NCBI GenBank assembly: GCA_050613775.1
Contig: JBODTK010000105.1
Span: forward strand, 310,001 to 374,000
Direction of reading: 5' to 3'
Length of the DNA stretch: 64,000 nt
Origin: Neocallimastix sp. 'constans'
Taxonomy: Eukaryota
Made by a program: the position numbers and the translations under genes. This document shows, one piece after another, positions 40,062 to 53,800 of the stretch (positions within the stretch are counted from its first letter, which is position 1; the number at the start of each line of letters is the position of its first letter). The notes below the pieces were generated by a model that was not told where the DNA came from, ran no database searches, and was given only the letters and a program-made list of their open reading frames with translations.

Positions 40062-40822
40062 TGTAAAGATTTAATAAAATCTTTAATAATTAATTATTAC
40101 ATAATTAATTAATGTAATAAAATTACATAAATTTATGATTTACGTATATGAAAATTAATTATAAATTTATGTAAACTTTTCATAAAGGAAAAATTATTAT
40201 TTAAATAATTTTGGATTATAACTTTAATCTAAATAATTTAAGTTAGTTAATTTTGTTTATTTAAAATAGTTATTCTATTTAACTTAGTTAAATTAGTTTA
40301 GTTAGTTTAAAATACTTTAAAATTAATTTCGGAATAGTTTTAAATAGTTAAAATTAGTTTAAATAGTTTATAAAAATAATTTTGAATTGTAAATATATAA
40401 ACATTATTATTAATAATATTTATATAATAAATATATAATAAATGAGTTGTTATTGAATTTAATTATTATTGTAAATAAGTTGAAAGTTTATTGAATTAAT
40501 TATTGTTTAGTTTAGTTAATTATTATTTAATAAATTTATTAATAAATATTTTGTTTATAAATAAATAGTAATATATGTAAATTAGATAGAAATAATATAT
40601 TATAATGTAATAATGAAAAAATATAAATACATGTAAATTTCTATAATTAAATCGATGTATTAGTTATTGACTATATGATAGTTAATAACAAAAAAGATAT
40701 TTAATTTTTTTAATTAATAAAGATTATTTTATTTAAAAAAAAAGAATTTTTATTACGTGTTCTTTTTTATTTTGGTGTTAAAATTTGTTATTTGTAATCT
40801 GTTTCTGATAGAACTCTTTACA
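40062..40822 (+). mobile_element. Solo LTR of a related subfamily inserted in the 3' LTR
   Basis: TGTAAAGA...TCTTTACA termini, 5-bp TSD CCTAG (40057-40061 / 40823-40827). Confidence 0.93.
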
Positions 40823-41850
40823 CCTAGTTTAGTTTTAAATAGTTAAATATTATTTAAGGAACAATCTTAAATAATTAATAAAAATAGTTTTTCAATATTA
40901 AATATATAATTAAAATTATTATAAGTATTAAAATAATAAATAAATAAATAATTTAAAAATTAATTTTAGTTATAGTAAATTAATAAATAATAAAATTATT
41001 AATTAAAAATCTTTTGTATATAAATAAATAGGTTTATATATATTAAATAACATCATATATTAATAATGCAATAAAAAAAATATAAATACATGTAATTTTT
41101 CTCAATTAAATCAATGTATTAGTTATTAACTATTTTACAGTTAATAACATAAAAGAAATTTATAATTAATACAAGAATTTATTAATAAAAGAATTTACTT
41201 ATTTTTATTTGTTTAAATTGTGTAGTGTTTTTAATTGTTATAATCTGTTTTAATTGACAAATTGATTACAATAGTGAAAATTTCGTTTATAATTATGAAT
41301 ACAATGAAATTAAAAGTAATAATAATTTTAAAGAAGACGACTTAGGTATTGTTCTAGCCTTTGTCGATAATCTTGAAAATAAGTTGTTTATAGATTCCGG
41401 TAGCAATTTAAATCTTATTTCTCTTAATTATTTTAATTCTCTACCTGATCAATACGAAACTGTAGGTATTTGCCATGGTCGTATTTGCGAAGCTTTAGGT
41501 GATGATACAGTCACCGACACCATGGTTATAAATGTTCTTATTAATACTTATTCTTTTCATGCTAACTTTTGTATTATTACCCATAATACTAGTTATTTCG
41601 ATTTATTAATTGGTCTTAAGACTATTGCTGATAATTATTTATTTATACATCCTATTGCAAAAGCATTATGTCATTTTAATTCTTATGATTCTTTTGATAT
41701 TATTACGCCTTTATTGGAAATTCAGGAAGCCGAATTAATTAATTGTTTTATTATATATATTAATTATAGTAAATAAATTAATACTTTAAATTATAATAAT
41801 AATATTGCTATTAATTCTTAAAATTTTATTATTAAGGAAAATACGGTTTC

Positions 41851-44800
41851 TGTTAGAATATTAAATAAAGTTTAATATATTTTTATATTAATTATTATAA
41901 TTTTATATTATTAAATATTTTATGTTTATTATGATTAATATATTTATGAAATGATATAATATGTGTTATAAGTGGCTTATTTATATATCATGCATGTAAT
42001 ACGAATCATATATGAGCACTTATACTACATAAAATTTTTATATAAACATAAAAAATCATCAATAAAATTTAATAAAAATAAGATCTTTTTAAATAAAATA
42101 TTAAAAGATTAAGAGTCTCAGGACTCACCATAATTAAACTGTATACCGATATAAATCTATTAATAACACTAGTATATTTCATATTAATGAAATATAAATT
42201 TGAAGTAGATACTGACTCTGAAGAAGAAAAGGGAACGTCAACCAAGATGATGCAAAACAAAGAGAATAAAGGAAAGAATGCAGAAACAGGGGCAACTTCA
42301 GCTAGGGAAATACTAAAGAAGAGTAACATACCTATCAGGGATAGGAGGTAAAGTAGATTTAATAACGCCACTGAAACAAGTGTCAAACTAACAGGGAAAG
42401 AAAACTACAGTATTTGGGCCCACCGAAATGATAAATATCCTTTCTATGCATCACTTAGATAACTACTTATATGAAGAATATTTAAAGAAAATAAGAATAT
42501 TGGAAATATCAAATGTAGACATTGAAAATTACTCAAAGATTCCTGGTAACAAAAGAAGAATATATAAGTCTGTAAAGGAAGACATGATAGACGATGATAA
42601 ACACGCAAAATTTATCATCGATAGAAGCGTTTCCGAATCAGTGAAAAGAAAAATAAAATTTGGAAAATATGCCTCCTTCGAATTATGGAAGATATTAAGG
42701 GACTCTTATAGCGAGTCTAATACATAATAGACTTCCTCATAAAGGAATTAATAACCAAGTGCCTTTCGAAATTTTATACAATGAAAAAGTTGATTATAAT
42801 CATTTCAAAGTGTTTGGATGTCAGGTTTTCTTTTATGTTCCCAAACACTTCAGAAAGAAATTTACTGACTCAACGCTTCCGGGAATTTTCTTAGGGTACG
42901 ACGATGTAAACCACACGGCTTATCGCATTTTCAACATCTCTAATTACAAAGTCGTACTTTCCAGAGCTGTCTCTTTCTTCGAAAATGTTCCTGGTAATTC
43001 TCCCGCACCATTTTCTATTCCTTATTTTCTTAATATTATTGATATTAATAAATTAGGGGGAAATGATAGTAATTATATAATAGAAAGTGATCATAGTTCA
43101 CTTGGAGAAGAAGTAATATTTGAAAATATTTAACCCCATCAATCAAAATTTCCTCAACCATAATACATAAAATCAAAACAACTTAAACTTCTATAATGAA
43201 AATACAATCAGTAATTCAAATATATTAAATCTATCACTTCAGCCATTTTCACAGTCAACAAATCTCAATAATTTCAACATTGATCAGTTTAACTCAGAAA
43301 ATAAGAGCAATAATTACTTAAATAATTCGATAAATTTGAATAACTCAAATAATAATTCAAATAACCTAAAAAGTCAACAAATATAATTAAATGAAAATAA
43401 TCCAAATATTTTAAATCAAATTAATAAAGAATTTAATTCCAAAAATCAAAATTTCAATTATAATACAAACAAAGATTTCAATCATGAAAATTTCGAAAAT
43501 AAACAAAATAACGTCAATGATGAAGAGAATAAAAGAAATAAAGAGAAAAGGGATAATAATAACCAAATTGACAAGGATTTTGTAAATGATGATAGAAAAT
43601 TAAATAATCCGGAACAAAATTTAGAACAAACCAAAAACAATATTATAAATAATTCTGAAGAAAGTAACACAAATATAGAGAACAAGAAAAATAATGTAAT
43701 TTAAGTAAATAACAAAAATAACCAGTATAATGATGAATTAGAAAAAATTGGAGTTGATAAAAGAAAAACAAAAACAAGTAATAGAAAGAAAAACACTAAA
43801 AATAATAATAAAAAGCAAACACGAATCAATAACAAAAAGACAAATAAAAGAAAACGTAAAGACAAAGAAATCATTGAAGAAGATAATAGTATAACAAAGA
43901 GAATTAAGTCATTTAATATAGAAGACATTATTGATACTGCATCAAATTTAACAATATGTATTCCAACTGAATCATTTAACTATAATGACGTTTCAAACAA
44001 ATATGATAAAGATGAATGGCTTAAAGCCGTAGAAGAAGAACTAAACAATATTAAAGAATTAAACGTTTATACTATAGTCGACCATGTACCAAAGAATGCA
44101 AACATTATAACACCCAAAGAGGTATTTAAATATAAGTTAGATGCAAGTGGCAGTATTGTAAAACGAAAAGCAAGGTTAGTCGCCCGTGGTTTTACACAGA
44201 TCTACGGAATAGATTTTACAGTAACATTCTCACCAACACTCAGACAAGACTCTCTAAGACTTGTTACAGCAATAACAGCCCAAAATAAATATAATATTTA
44301 TCAGAGCGATGTAAAAGCAGCTTACTTAAACGCTGAACTTGAGGAAACCATTTAAATCAAAGCTCCACAAGGTGACGCTAACTTCGGAAAACGCTATTGG
44401 AAACTGAACAAAGCATTATACTGCTTAAAGCAAGCCTGAAGAATGTGGAATAACACCTTGAACAAAGTATTAACTGAAATGGGCCTATTTCGATGCAAAA
44501 GTGAACCTTGTTTATACATGAAAAGTAATAAAATGGTAAGATAACAAGCTTGTTATCCGTATACGTTGACGATATCATAATTACAGGAGTTGAAAATGAA
44601 ATATTGAAAATTAAAAATGAATTAAAAAGTAAATTCAAAATAACAGATGTAGGAAATGTAGGTTTCATCATTGGTATAAAGTTTGAAAAATTAAAAGACG
44701 AATATCTATTACATCAAAAAAGGTATTTAGATGAAATCTTAAACAAGTTTAACATTGATAAATAAAGAACAACTTCGAATATGTTACCAATTATTAATGA

Positions 44801-45760
44801 AGATTTAATAAAGGAGAGTTTTTATTAAACAAAATACAAGAAGGCAATAGGAAGCCTACTTTACCTAACTATAAGTGCAAGACCAGACATTCTATTCGCG
44901 GTCAGCAAATCTTCAAGAAAATCAAGAAATCCTAATTACGAAGATTGGCTAAATGTTATTAAAATCTATAAGTATCTAAAAGGAAATCTATATTATGGAA
45001 TCAAGTTTACAAATGAAGATAGTTTTAAAGTATACGTAGACACCGACTTTGGAGGTGATACAGAAACTAGAAAATCTACAACAGGATTCGTCGTAACTAT
45101 GGGAAATGGACCAACGAGCTGGTATTCCAAATTACAGCAATGTGTGGCAGTTTCCACCGTTGAAAGTGAGTATTATGCGTTAAACGAATGCGCAAGACAG
45201 TGTATGTGGTATAAAAACTTATTTGATGAATTATCAAAAGAGAAAAGATGTATAACCATCAATACTGATAACAAAGCTGCCATCTATAATTGTGAAAATG
45301 AAACTATAAACCCAAAGTCGAAGTATATTGATATAAAGTATCACCAAATTAGGGATTGGATCAAAGAAAAGAAAATAAAGGTAAATTACATTAAATCTGA
45401 ATTCAATCTAGCTGATGGCTTTACAAAATATTTAAGTGGACCATCAATGAGTAAATTACGAAGGAATCTACTAACATAATTCTAAAGTTGATATTAAACT
45501 TTATGGGGAATGTTAGAATATTAAATAAAGTTTAATATATTTATATATTAATTATTAAAATTTTATATTATTAAATATTTTATGTTTATTATGATTAGTA
45601 TATTTATTAAATGATGTAATATGTGTTATAAGTGGCTTATTTATATATCATGCATGTAATACGAATCATATATGAGACTTGTATAAAATTCTTATATAAA
45701 CATACAAAATCATCAATAAAATTTAATAAAAATAAGTTCTTTTTAAATAAAATATTGAAA
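41851..45760 (+). mobile_element. Ty1/copia element with both LTRs (41851-42106; 45511-45760), internally deleted (protease and integrase core missing)
   Basis: 5-bp TSD GTTTC. gag, then directly FKVFGC..GIFLGY. KARLVARGF, YVDD, STVESEY, NLADGFTK. PPT GGGGAA. Confidence 0.95.
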
Positions 45761-48700
45761 GTTTCACATACGGAGGATAAGCAATTTATTGAAAATACGC
45801 CATAAAATATTGCACCACAAGAATAAAATCTGTCACCTATTGAGTAAATTTAGTCTCAAGATTTTCAAGCAAAAATCGAAGGTCCTTTTAAACCAAATGT
45901 ATCTAAACTTTTAATGAATTACATTGATATTGTTGCCACTTCGTCTGAGCAACTTTCTCCTTCTAAACTAAGACCTCATCATATCCATTTATTCAAAAAT
46001 GCTATTCCTTTAAGAGTAAATTCTATAAATTTAATAGACTTAAATCGGAATGGTTAAAAGCTGAACTTGTTAAGCTTATTAATAAAGGCTTAATTGTTCC
46101 TTCTTATTCTGCTTGGTTTTCACCAATTGAACTTGTTATGAAAAAGAGTGGAAAATGGAGACTTTGCACTGATTATCGAAAATTAAACTCATTGACAGTT
46201 CCTGATTCTTATTCCCTTCCTAATATTGATGAAAATTTTAGTTCATTAGGTGGTGCTAAAATTTTCTCTACCCTGGATTTATTTTGGTAAATGGTTGAAA
46301 CCTGAAAATATCTCAGAACTTAGATCTTTCTTGGGTTCTGTAGGTTATTATAGAAAATTTATTAATAACTTTGTTATGATTGCTGTGCCACTCTACAAAC
46401 TGTTATGAAAGAATGTACCTTACATATGGGAAAATACACACCAAGATAGTTTCAATAAATTAAAAGAAGCACTAATTTCTGCTCCGATTCTACGTTATCC
46501 TGATTTCAACAAGCGATTTATCATTAGAACGGACGTGTGCAAATTAGGAATAGGAGGTATTCTGCTTCAAAAAGACGAAAAAGACGGAAAGGAATACCCA
46601 ATTCATTTTAATGGTAGAACTTTAAATAAAGCTGAATTAAATTATAGTATAACTGATCTGGAAGGAACTGCATTCTATGATTGAGCTAAGGAATTTAAAT
46701 ATTATATCTAAGGAAATAAATACGAAACATTATTATATAGGAATCATAAACCATTAATAGGACTATTTAGTACTAAAGAACCTATTAATTTGTGCCACAT
46801 CCAATGAATGGTGTATAACAATTATTATGTTAAGAATAAAAATATTATATGAACCAGGAAAAAGAAATTATTTAGAGGACGCTCTATCTCGAATTAAAAT
46901 TAATGATAATAAACTTTATACTAAAAATAATACTAATAAAGAAAATAATAAATTAATGGATTCTAATACGCCACATATCAATACTTCAAATAATAAAAAA
47001 AAATTCAAGTCTAAAAATTAAGAAAAATTTTAATTTCAAAAATTCCAATTTTTAAAATTTGAGAGAAAAATGGTGGTATATAGACAATTTGAAATTTTTA
47101 AAAATTTCTTATATTTTAACTGACAATATGGATTCCAATAAACTGCAATATAATCCCAATATATGGCTCAATAAAAATTTTAATAAATTAAAATTAAATC
47201 AGAGTAAATTAAAAAAAATTTTAATTCAATTATTTCAATTAAAAAGAAATATTAATGAATATTATTCCAATACATTAGTTAATATAAATTTCTATACATT
47301 ACAATATAATAAAAATAATTCTTTTATATAAGAAAAACATAATTTTAATGATCTATGTCAATTAAAAGGACAAATAAATCATTTGAAAATAATACAATAA
47401 AATATATTTATAATATATTAGACAATTAAAGTCAAGAATATAATAACACTTATAAAATATATTCTATTAATACTATTAATTCTAATAATATTAATAAAAA
47501 TATTAATCTTGAAGAAAATGGAAATAATAAAGAAATTATTGATGAAAAAAAATCAAATATTACTGAATTTATGTAAAAATTCATTAATGATCATATAACT
47601 ATAGACAGTATTAAATATTTGAAAGAAAACGATAAATTAAGAAAAATTATTACTATTAATGAAGAGAAATTCAACCTCATATGGAAAGCTCATGCCATCG
47701 GACATGAAGGATTCAAGAAAACTTACGAACGATTAAGGAAATCTTTTTGAATGATTGTAGATATTAGAAGGTTCATTGCAAATTGTGAACTCAATAAAAG
47801 AAATGAAATTCCTGAACCTACAGAGAAATTTGCAACTCAAGTAGAAGCTCCTTTTATGCATTTAGGCTTAGATATAATAGGACCACTACCAGAAACTAGT
47901 AGTGAAAACCAATATATAATAGTTATTGTTGATTTTTTACCAAATAGGTAGAAGGTTATCTACCATTATTATTTTTTATTTTTATTAGTTTTTTTATTAA
48001 AGGCTATCTACCATTACTTCACGTGACGTCGTAAACTTTTTGCCCCAAATTTTAGCAAGATTTGGTACACCAAATACAATTACAACTGTTAATGGTGTAC
48101 AATTTAATTCTGATTTTACCATAATATTTTTGGACTTGTATGACGTATACATTAAATTAACCGTAATGTATCATCCTGAGTCAGTAAGACTATTAGACTG
48201 ATAATAGAAATAGAGAAATTGGAAAACTATTACGTCCATTAGCAAGTAAAAAAAAGAATGGGATTTTGTCTTACCTTTTGCTTTATGGGCTTTAAGAACT
48301 TCGAAAAATTTAGTAACAAAACACTCAAGTTTTGAATTACTTTATAGGAGAAGATATCAACAACCTTTTGAATTAGCTTCATCTCTTCCAACTTCAAATG
48401 TACAATGAAGTAAAGAAGAATTATTAATTGAAAAATTTATTAATCATAGCAAATGGGTCATTGAAGCATGCAATAATATAAAAAAGAACAATAAATATTG
48501 GGAAACTCGAAGAGAAGAAATAACAAGTATGAATAAACAAAATGAAATTAAAATAGGAGATTTGGTGAAAGTTAGAAACTTTTCTCGATATAAACTTGAT
48601 CCTTATCTTGTAGGACCTTTTCAAGTTACAGGAAAACAATTTAATGCAGTAAAATTAGTAAATCCAAATAAAAAATTACCCTTAGAAAGACCGGTGCATA

Positions 48701-49471
48701 TTAAAAATATAATAAAATTTAATTCAGCAACTATACTATAGTTGTGACTAAAGAAGGACGAATGATATAAAACGGAAATAAAAACTTTAATTATTAATAA
48801 ATTATTTTATTAATAATACATAAAAATAAATTAATAAATCATTTGTAATTACGAGACATAAATTAAATTTGATTGAAAATAACGTGATAAAATTAAAGTT
48901 ATGTAAAGACATAAAATTATGCAAAAGCATAAAAATTACTATAAACATAAAATTTATTACATAAATTTTATGTTATGTTAAAATTGAAATAATTTATAAA
49001 TTTCTTTTTATTATTTTTATATTATTTTATATAGATATTTATTTTATCATATTTTTAATTATTTTAATAATTATTATTTTATATTAATATTTTATATTTT
49101 ATTAATTATAGAAAATTTCTAATAATATTATTATTTTATGAAAACTTTATTTTAGTATTTTATATTTTATTTTATACTTTTATATTAAATACTTTAAATA
49201 CTTAATAGTTATTCTAAAAATTAATTAATTAAATAGTTTATTATGAATTACAAATATAAAAGCAAGAATAATTCTTTATAATTATTCTTTGCAACGTTTT
49301 ATGCCAATTTAGTTTATAAATTCTTTTATATTTGCAAATTAATAGTTAACTACATGTATTATAAATTTTAACTTACTTTTAAATAATAAATAAATAAAAA
49401 TTTATAATTAAATAACAACTTAAATATAACTTCTCCCAACAAGAGAATTTCAACCAAGGAATACTTTATCA

Positions 49472-50250
49472 CTCTCCAAGTGATTATTTAGATTCAATAA
49501 TCACTAAAACAGCTGTATGCTGTAGTGTAAAATCGGAAATTAAAATAAAACAATTATTTTATCAGAAACTATGGATGCTATAGAATTTTACGATAAAATG
49601 GAAAATAAATTGAAATTATAAACTCAATAATAATAATATAGCATCAAATAATAGAAATAATAAGAATAAGAATTCAAATTATAATAGATCTTCTAATTTT
49701 GTTAATCAAAGTGGCTATAGTAATAATGACCATAATAACTCTAATTTTAATAAGCATAAAGTTTTTTTCTGTAAATTTTACCACGAAAAAGGACATTTAA
49801 TCTCCCATTGTTCTGGATTTGCCAAATTTCAATAATTTAAATATATAGATTTTAAGATGAGCAATAATTTTAATAATTTTAATAATTTTTCTAGTAATAA
49901 TTTTTACAATTTCAATCTTGCTAATAATAATTCGAATTTAAAAAACCAAAATAGAAACTGAAATATTAATAGAAATAATAGTCATAGAAACAATAATAAG
50001 CATAATAAATATAATGGCTTTACTTATCTTAATAATCAGCCTCTTAATAACAGTAATTTTAATAATCAGCCATTTAATAATAACCATAATTATAATAATC
50101 GGCCACTTAATAATCAAAATTTTAATAAAGGTCAAAATTTTAATGAAAACCTTAATTACTATAATTCTATATTTAATAATCCAGAATTTAATAATTACTA
50201 TAATGGTAGTATTAATGAAGAAATTTCCGATAAAGCTAGTTCTTTAAACT
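49472..50250 (+). pseudogene. Asn-rich gag remnant with degenerate zinc knuckle
   Basis: FCKFYHEKGHLISHC at about 49768-49812, flanked by Asn-rich sequence. Confidence 0.5.
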
Positions 50251-50829
50251 AGTAATGGGGAGTAAGTGCTCTCCCCTAAATCAAAACACACAAAATAATA
50301 ATCATTATTACGTGGACTCTATTAAATGAAAAAGCTTAGAATTAAATCCTGGTACACCTATTAGGAAATCCAAATCTAATACGGCTAAGAAAAATACTAT
50401 TAAGACTAATGAAAAATAGCAGGAAATAGGAAATCAAACGGATTTCGAAGTTGAGGTTTCTAATAGGAAAATAATTAAACCTCATGTATATAAGAGTACC
50501 ACTAATAAAAATTTTAATAATTCCATTAGTATTAATCATAATAATACTTTTATTAATAATTCAAATATTAATTCAAGTAATTTAAATAATAATTCAAATT
50601 ATTTAAATACTTATTATTCTAATGAGTGAAATAATTATTCTAATTTTAATAATAATAATACAAATATTTCTAATAATAATAATAGTAATAAATAATGGTA
50701 ATAAATTATATTTAATAGTAAAAAAAAAAATTAATAGTGACTAAATTATATATTTAATTGTTATAAAATATTAAACGCATTTTTATTAGTTAATAAGACT
50801 ATATTGTTAAATTTATTATATATATAAAT

Positions 50830-53800
50830 TATTTATTATTCTGAATTTTGTGAACATGTCAGGTTCATCTATTCCTTCAATAGCTCTAGTGGATAATGAT
50901 GATGTTGATACTAGAACATATATCAACAATATGGTTTCTGTGACAAAATATATGCAAAAATGGTATGGTTTTAAAAGCCCAAAAATACCTCTAATATATT
51001 CAACAATTCACATTCTACTACATTCTACCAAGGATTGGAGGTGTTCATATAGATACTGAGATCTGGAAGTTCTGTATTACTGACTGGGGTAGTAGGGTTC
51101 TAAACTAGATACATTCACAACAGGATGAATTTTAATGTTTTTTGGTAATTTCAATTTAAACGAAACTCCATTTCATTATCTTAAATGGTCCTAATTTACG
51201 AGGATTAAATTTCTTATTGTCAGAGCGAAGTATCTAATCATACCTTGTCATTAACATTGAAATCAGGTGATTTGCTTCTGTATTTATCTGCAAATTTCTT
51301 CTGTATTTCGTTTGCTTGTTTGAAATTTACTTTTAATTCTTCTATTAACTCGTTTAAATTTCGGGTAAATTCTCCAGCTCTAGGAACATTAACTTTATTT
51401 GGAATAACAGGTGAATATTTGGGATGATAACCATAATTCAAGAAAAAGGGTGACTGTTTTGCAGATTCTTGGATTGCATTGTTATAACTAAATTCAGCTA
51501 AATTTATAAATTTACTCCAATTGATTCCTTTATAGTTAGAGAAACATCTTAAATTTTGTTCAATAATGGAGTTCACTTTCTCCATTTGGCCGTTGGTTTG
51601 ATGATGAAAGGGAGAAGAAAATTTAAGATTAACAGATAAAATTTGGCAAACAGTTTTCCAAAATTTGGAAGTGAATTGTGAACCACGATCAGAAATAATT
51701 TCGGTAGGAAGTCCATGAAGATAATAGATACCATTAATGAAAGCAATAGCAGTTTCTTCAGCAGAAGAAATACCAGCAAAAGCAATAAAATGACCTATTT
51801 TAGTTAATCGATCTATTACAACAAGAATTTAAATGAAACCATTAGATGAAGGGAGATCCGTAATATAATCCATTGAAATAGATGACTAAGGACGATCAGC
51901 AATGGCAAGAGGTTTATGGAATCCATAAGGCTTATGGCGAGAAGGCTTTGAACGAGAACATGTTTCGCAAGAATGAATATAATCAGCAACATCATAACTG
52001 AGAGAAGGCCACCAGAAATCGCGAGATATGAGAGAGGAAGTTTTCTTAATACCAAAGTGTCTTGCAGCTTGAGAGCCATGACAAATCTTGAGGATGAATG
52101 AACAGCAATTAAGTGGGATATAAATTTTATTGTTAAATAAAAGGAAACTGTTGAGGTAAATTTATCAATTTGTGGATGAGGGATTGGATGCTTAGGATTA
52201 TCTAAATAGTTACAAATATTGAAATAAAATTCGTCAGATTTATAAGAAGAAAGAATTTTCATCACTAAAAGAAGAAATCGAGGTAGCAATAGCACAAAAG
52301 TTTTCTGGTCTACGTACGGAGAAAGGCACATCATCAGAAGAAATTGAAGAAACATAATCAGAACTGAGAGAAAAACAATCCGTTTTGTCATTTGAAGAAC
52401 CAGAGCGATATTTGATAATAAAGTTAAATTCAGAAAGAAAAAGTGATCAACGAACCAATCTCTGCGTCATCTTTTCAGGCTTTTTTTGAAAGAGTAGATT
52501 TCTGTGGTCAGAGTAAATAGTAAAATGCTCCGAAGTTCCTTTGAGGAGGTAGTTCTTTATCGTATATCGAATGGTTTCTTTCAGAACCAAGAAGAGAGAA
52601 ATAGGAGAAATAAGCTATAGGATAAAGTTTGTTATCGGATGGAGACTTGAGAAAGAATAGTACCAATTGCGAAATTACTGGAATCTGCTTTTGCTTCAAA
52701 AGGAATACCTAGATTTGGGAAAATTAACAAAGGAGCAGAGGTAAAAAGATGTTTCAAGGCATAAAAGGCTTCTTGTTTTTCATTATTCCACCTAAAAGTA
52801 ACATTTTTTCTTAAAAGTTTATGTAAAGGATGTACTAGCTTAGCAAAATCTTGGATGAAACAGCGGTAGTAATTTGGAAAACCTAAAAACGATTGAAGTT
52901 CCTTAATATTCTTCCAGGTATTTCAATTCAGGATGGAAGAAACCTTACTTGGATGCATATTGATACCTTCATCAGAGATGTATTAACCGAGAAAATCAAT
53001 ATAGGGAACAAAGAACTCACATTTTTCTAAAGTAGTCACCAATTTAGAACTTCTTAATCTCGAGAGAACTTCTTCAATATGTTCAACGTGAGTAGAGTAA
53101 TCTGAAGAGAATATAAAGATGTCGTCGATATAACAATATACAAATTTGCCAATAATATCTTCAAAGATGTCACTTACAAAGTGTTGGAAGACCGCGGGAG
53201 TATTCTTCAGCCCAAAAGGCACTACACTATACTCGAAATAACCTAATTTGAAGGTAAAAGCAGTTTTATATTCATCACCACTTTTAATCCAAATTAGGTT
53301 ATAAGCCGACTTCAGGTCCAGCTTTGAGAATATCTTTCCTTTACCTATATTCTCTAACATATCATTGATCAACGGAAGAGGGTATGAATCTCGGATTGTG
53401 ATTTCATTTAACCCCGGTAGTCGATAACTTGATAATCATACAGAGTTTTCCATTCTTTCTTACGAAGAGAACCGGAGTGCCAGCTGGAGATTTCGATTTT
53501 CTTATAATCCTTTAGCAAGGTTCTTTTTAATGTATTCTTCAAGAGCATCAGATTCTTTGGCAGTAAAAGGGTATATATGACCATAATAGAGTTTACGATT
53601 GTGAGATTAAAATTAAAGATGACAGTAAAGTCTGTGAGGGGGAGAGCTTTAGCAATAGTTTGGTTGAAAGCATCAATATATTCAACAAGTTCCTTAAGGA
53701 GTTTCTTTGATAGGGTTTCCAAATAAGTAAAGTATGAGGAGGAATTACAGCTAGAAGAAGTGTTAGAAATTGGAAAAGAAGTAAAAATCTTAATATTAGC

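Larger units (their letters stand above)
33677..41270 (+). mobile_element. Full-length degenerate Ty3/gypsy (Tf1/chromovirus-like) element with both LTRs (33677-34341; 39889-41270, interrupted)
   Basis: gag from 35043, DDPMDVD, ALIDSGS, YIDD, VETDASNFAVG, HHCC, ISMDFI, SDRGTQF, chromodomain-like remnant at about 39600. PPT AAAGGGCGAGA. Near-TSD ATAGA/ATAGT. Confidence 0.95.
33480..49471 (+). mobile_element. Old Ty3/gypsy element split by nested insertions (pieces 33480-33676, 41271-41850, 45761-49471; 3' LTR 48763-49471)
   Basis: gag-end NISYVQLLDIC, protease LFIDSGSNLNLIS, RT and RNase H remnants at 46000-46900, integrase LGLDIIGPLP and VGPFQV. PPT AAAGAAGGACGAA, then LTR TGATA...TATCA. Confidence 0.85.
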
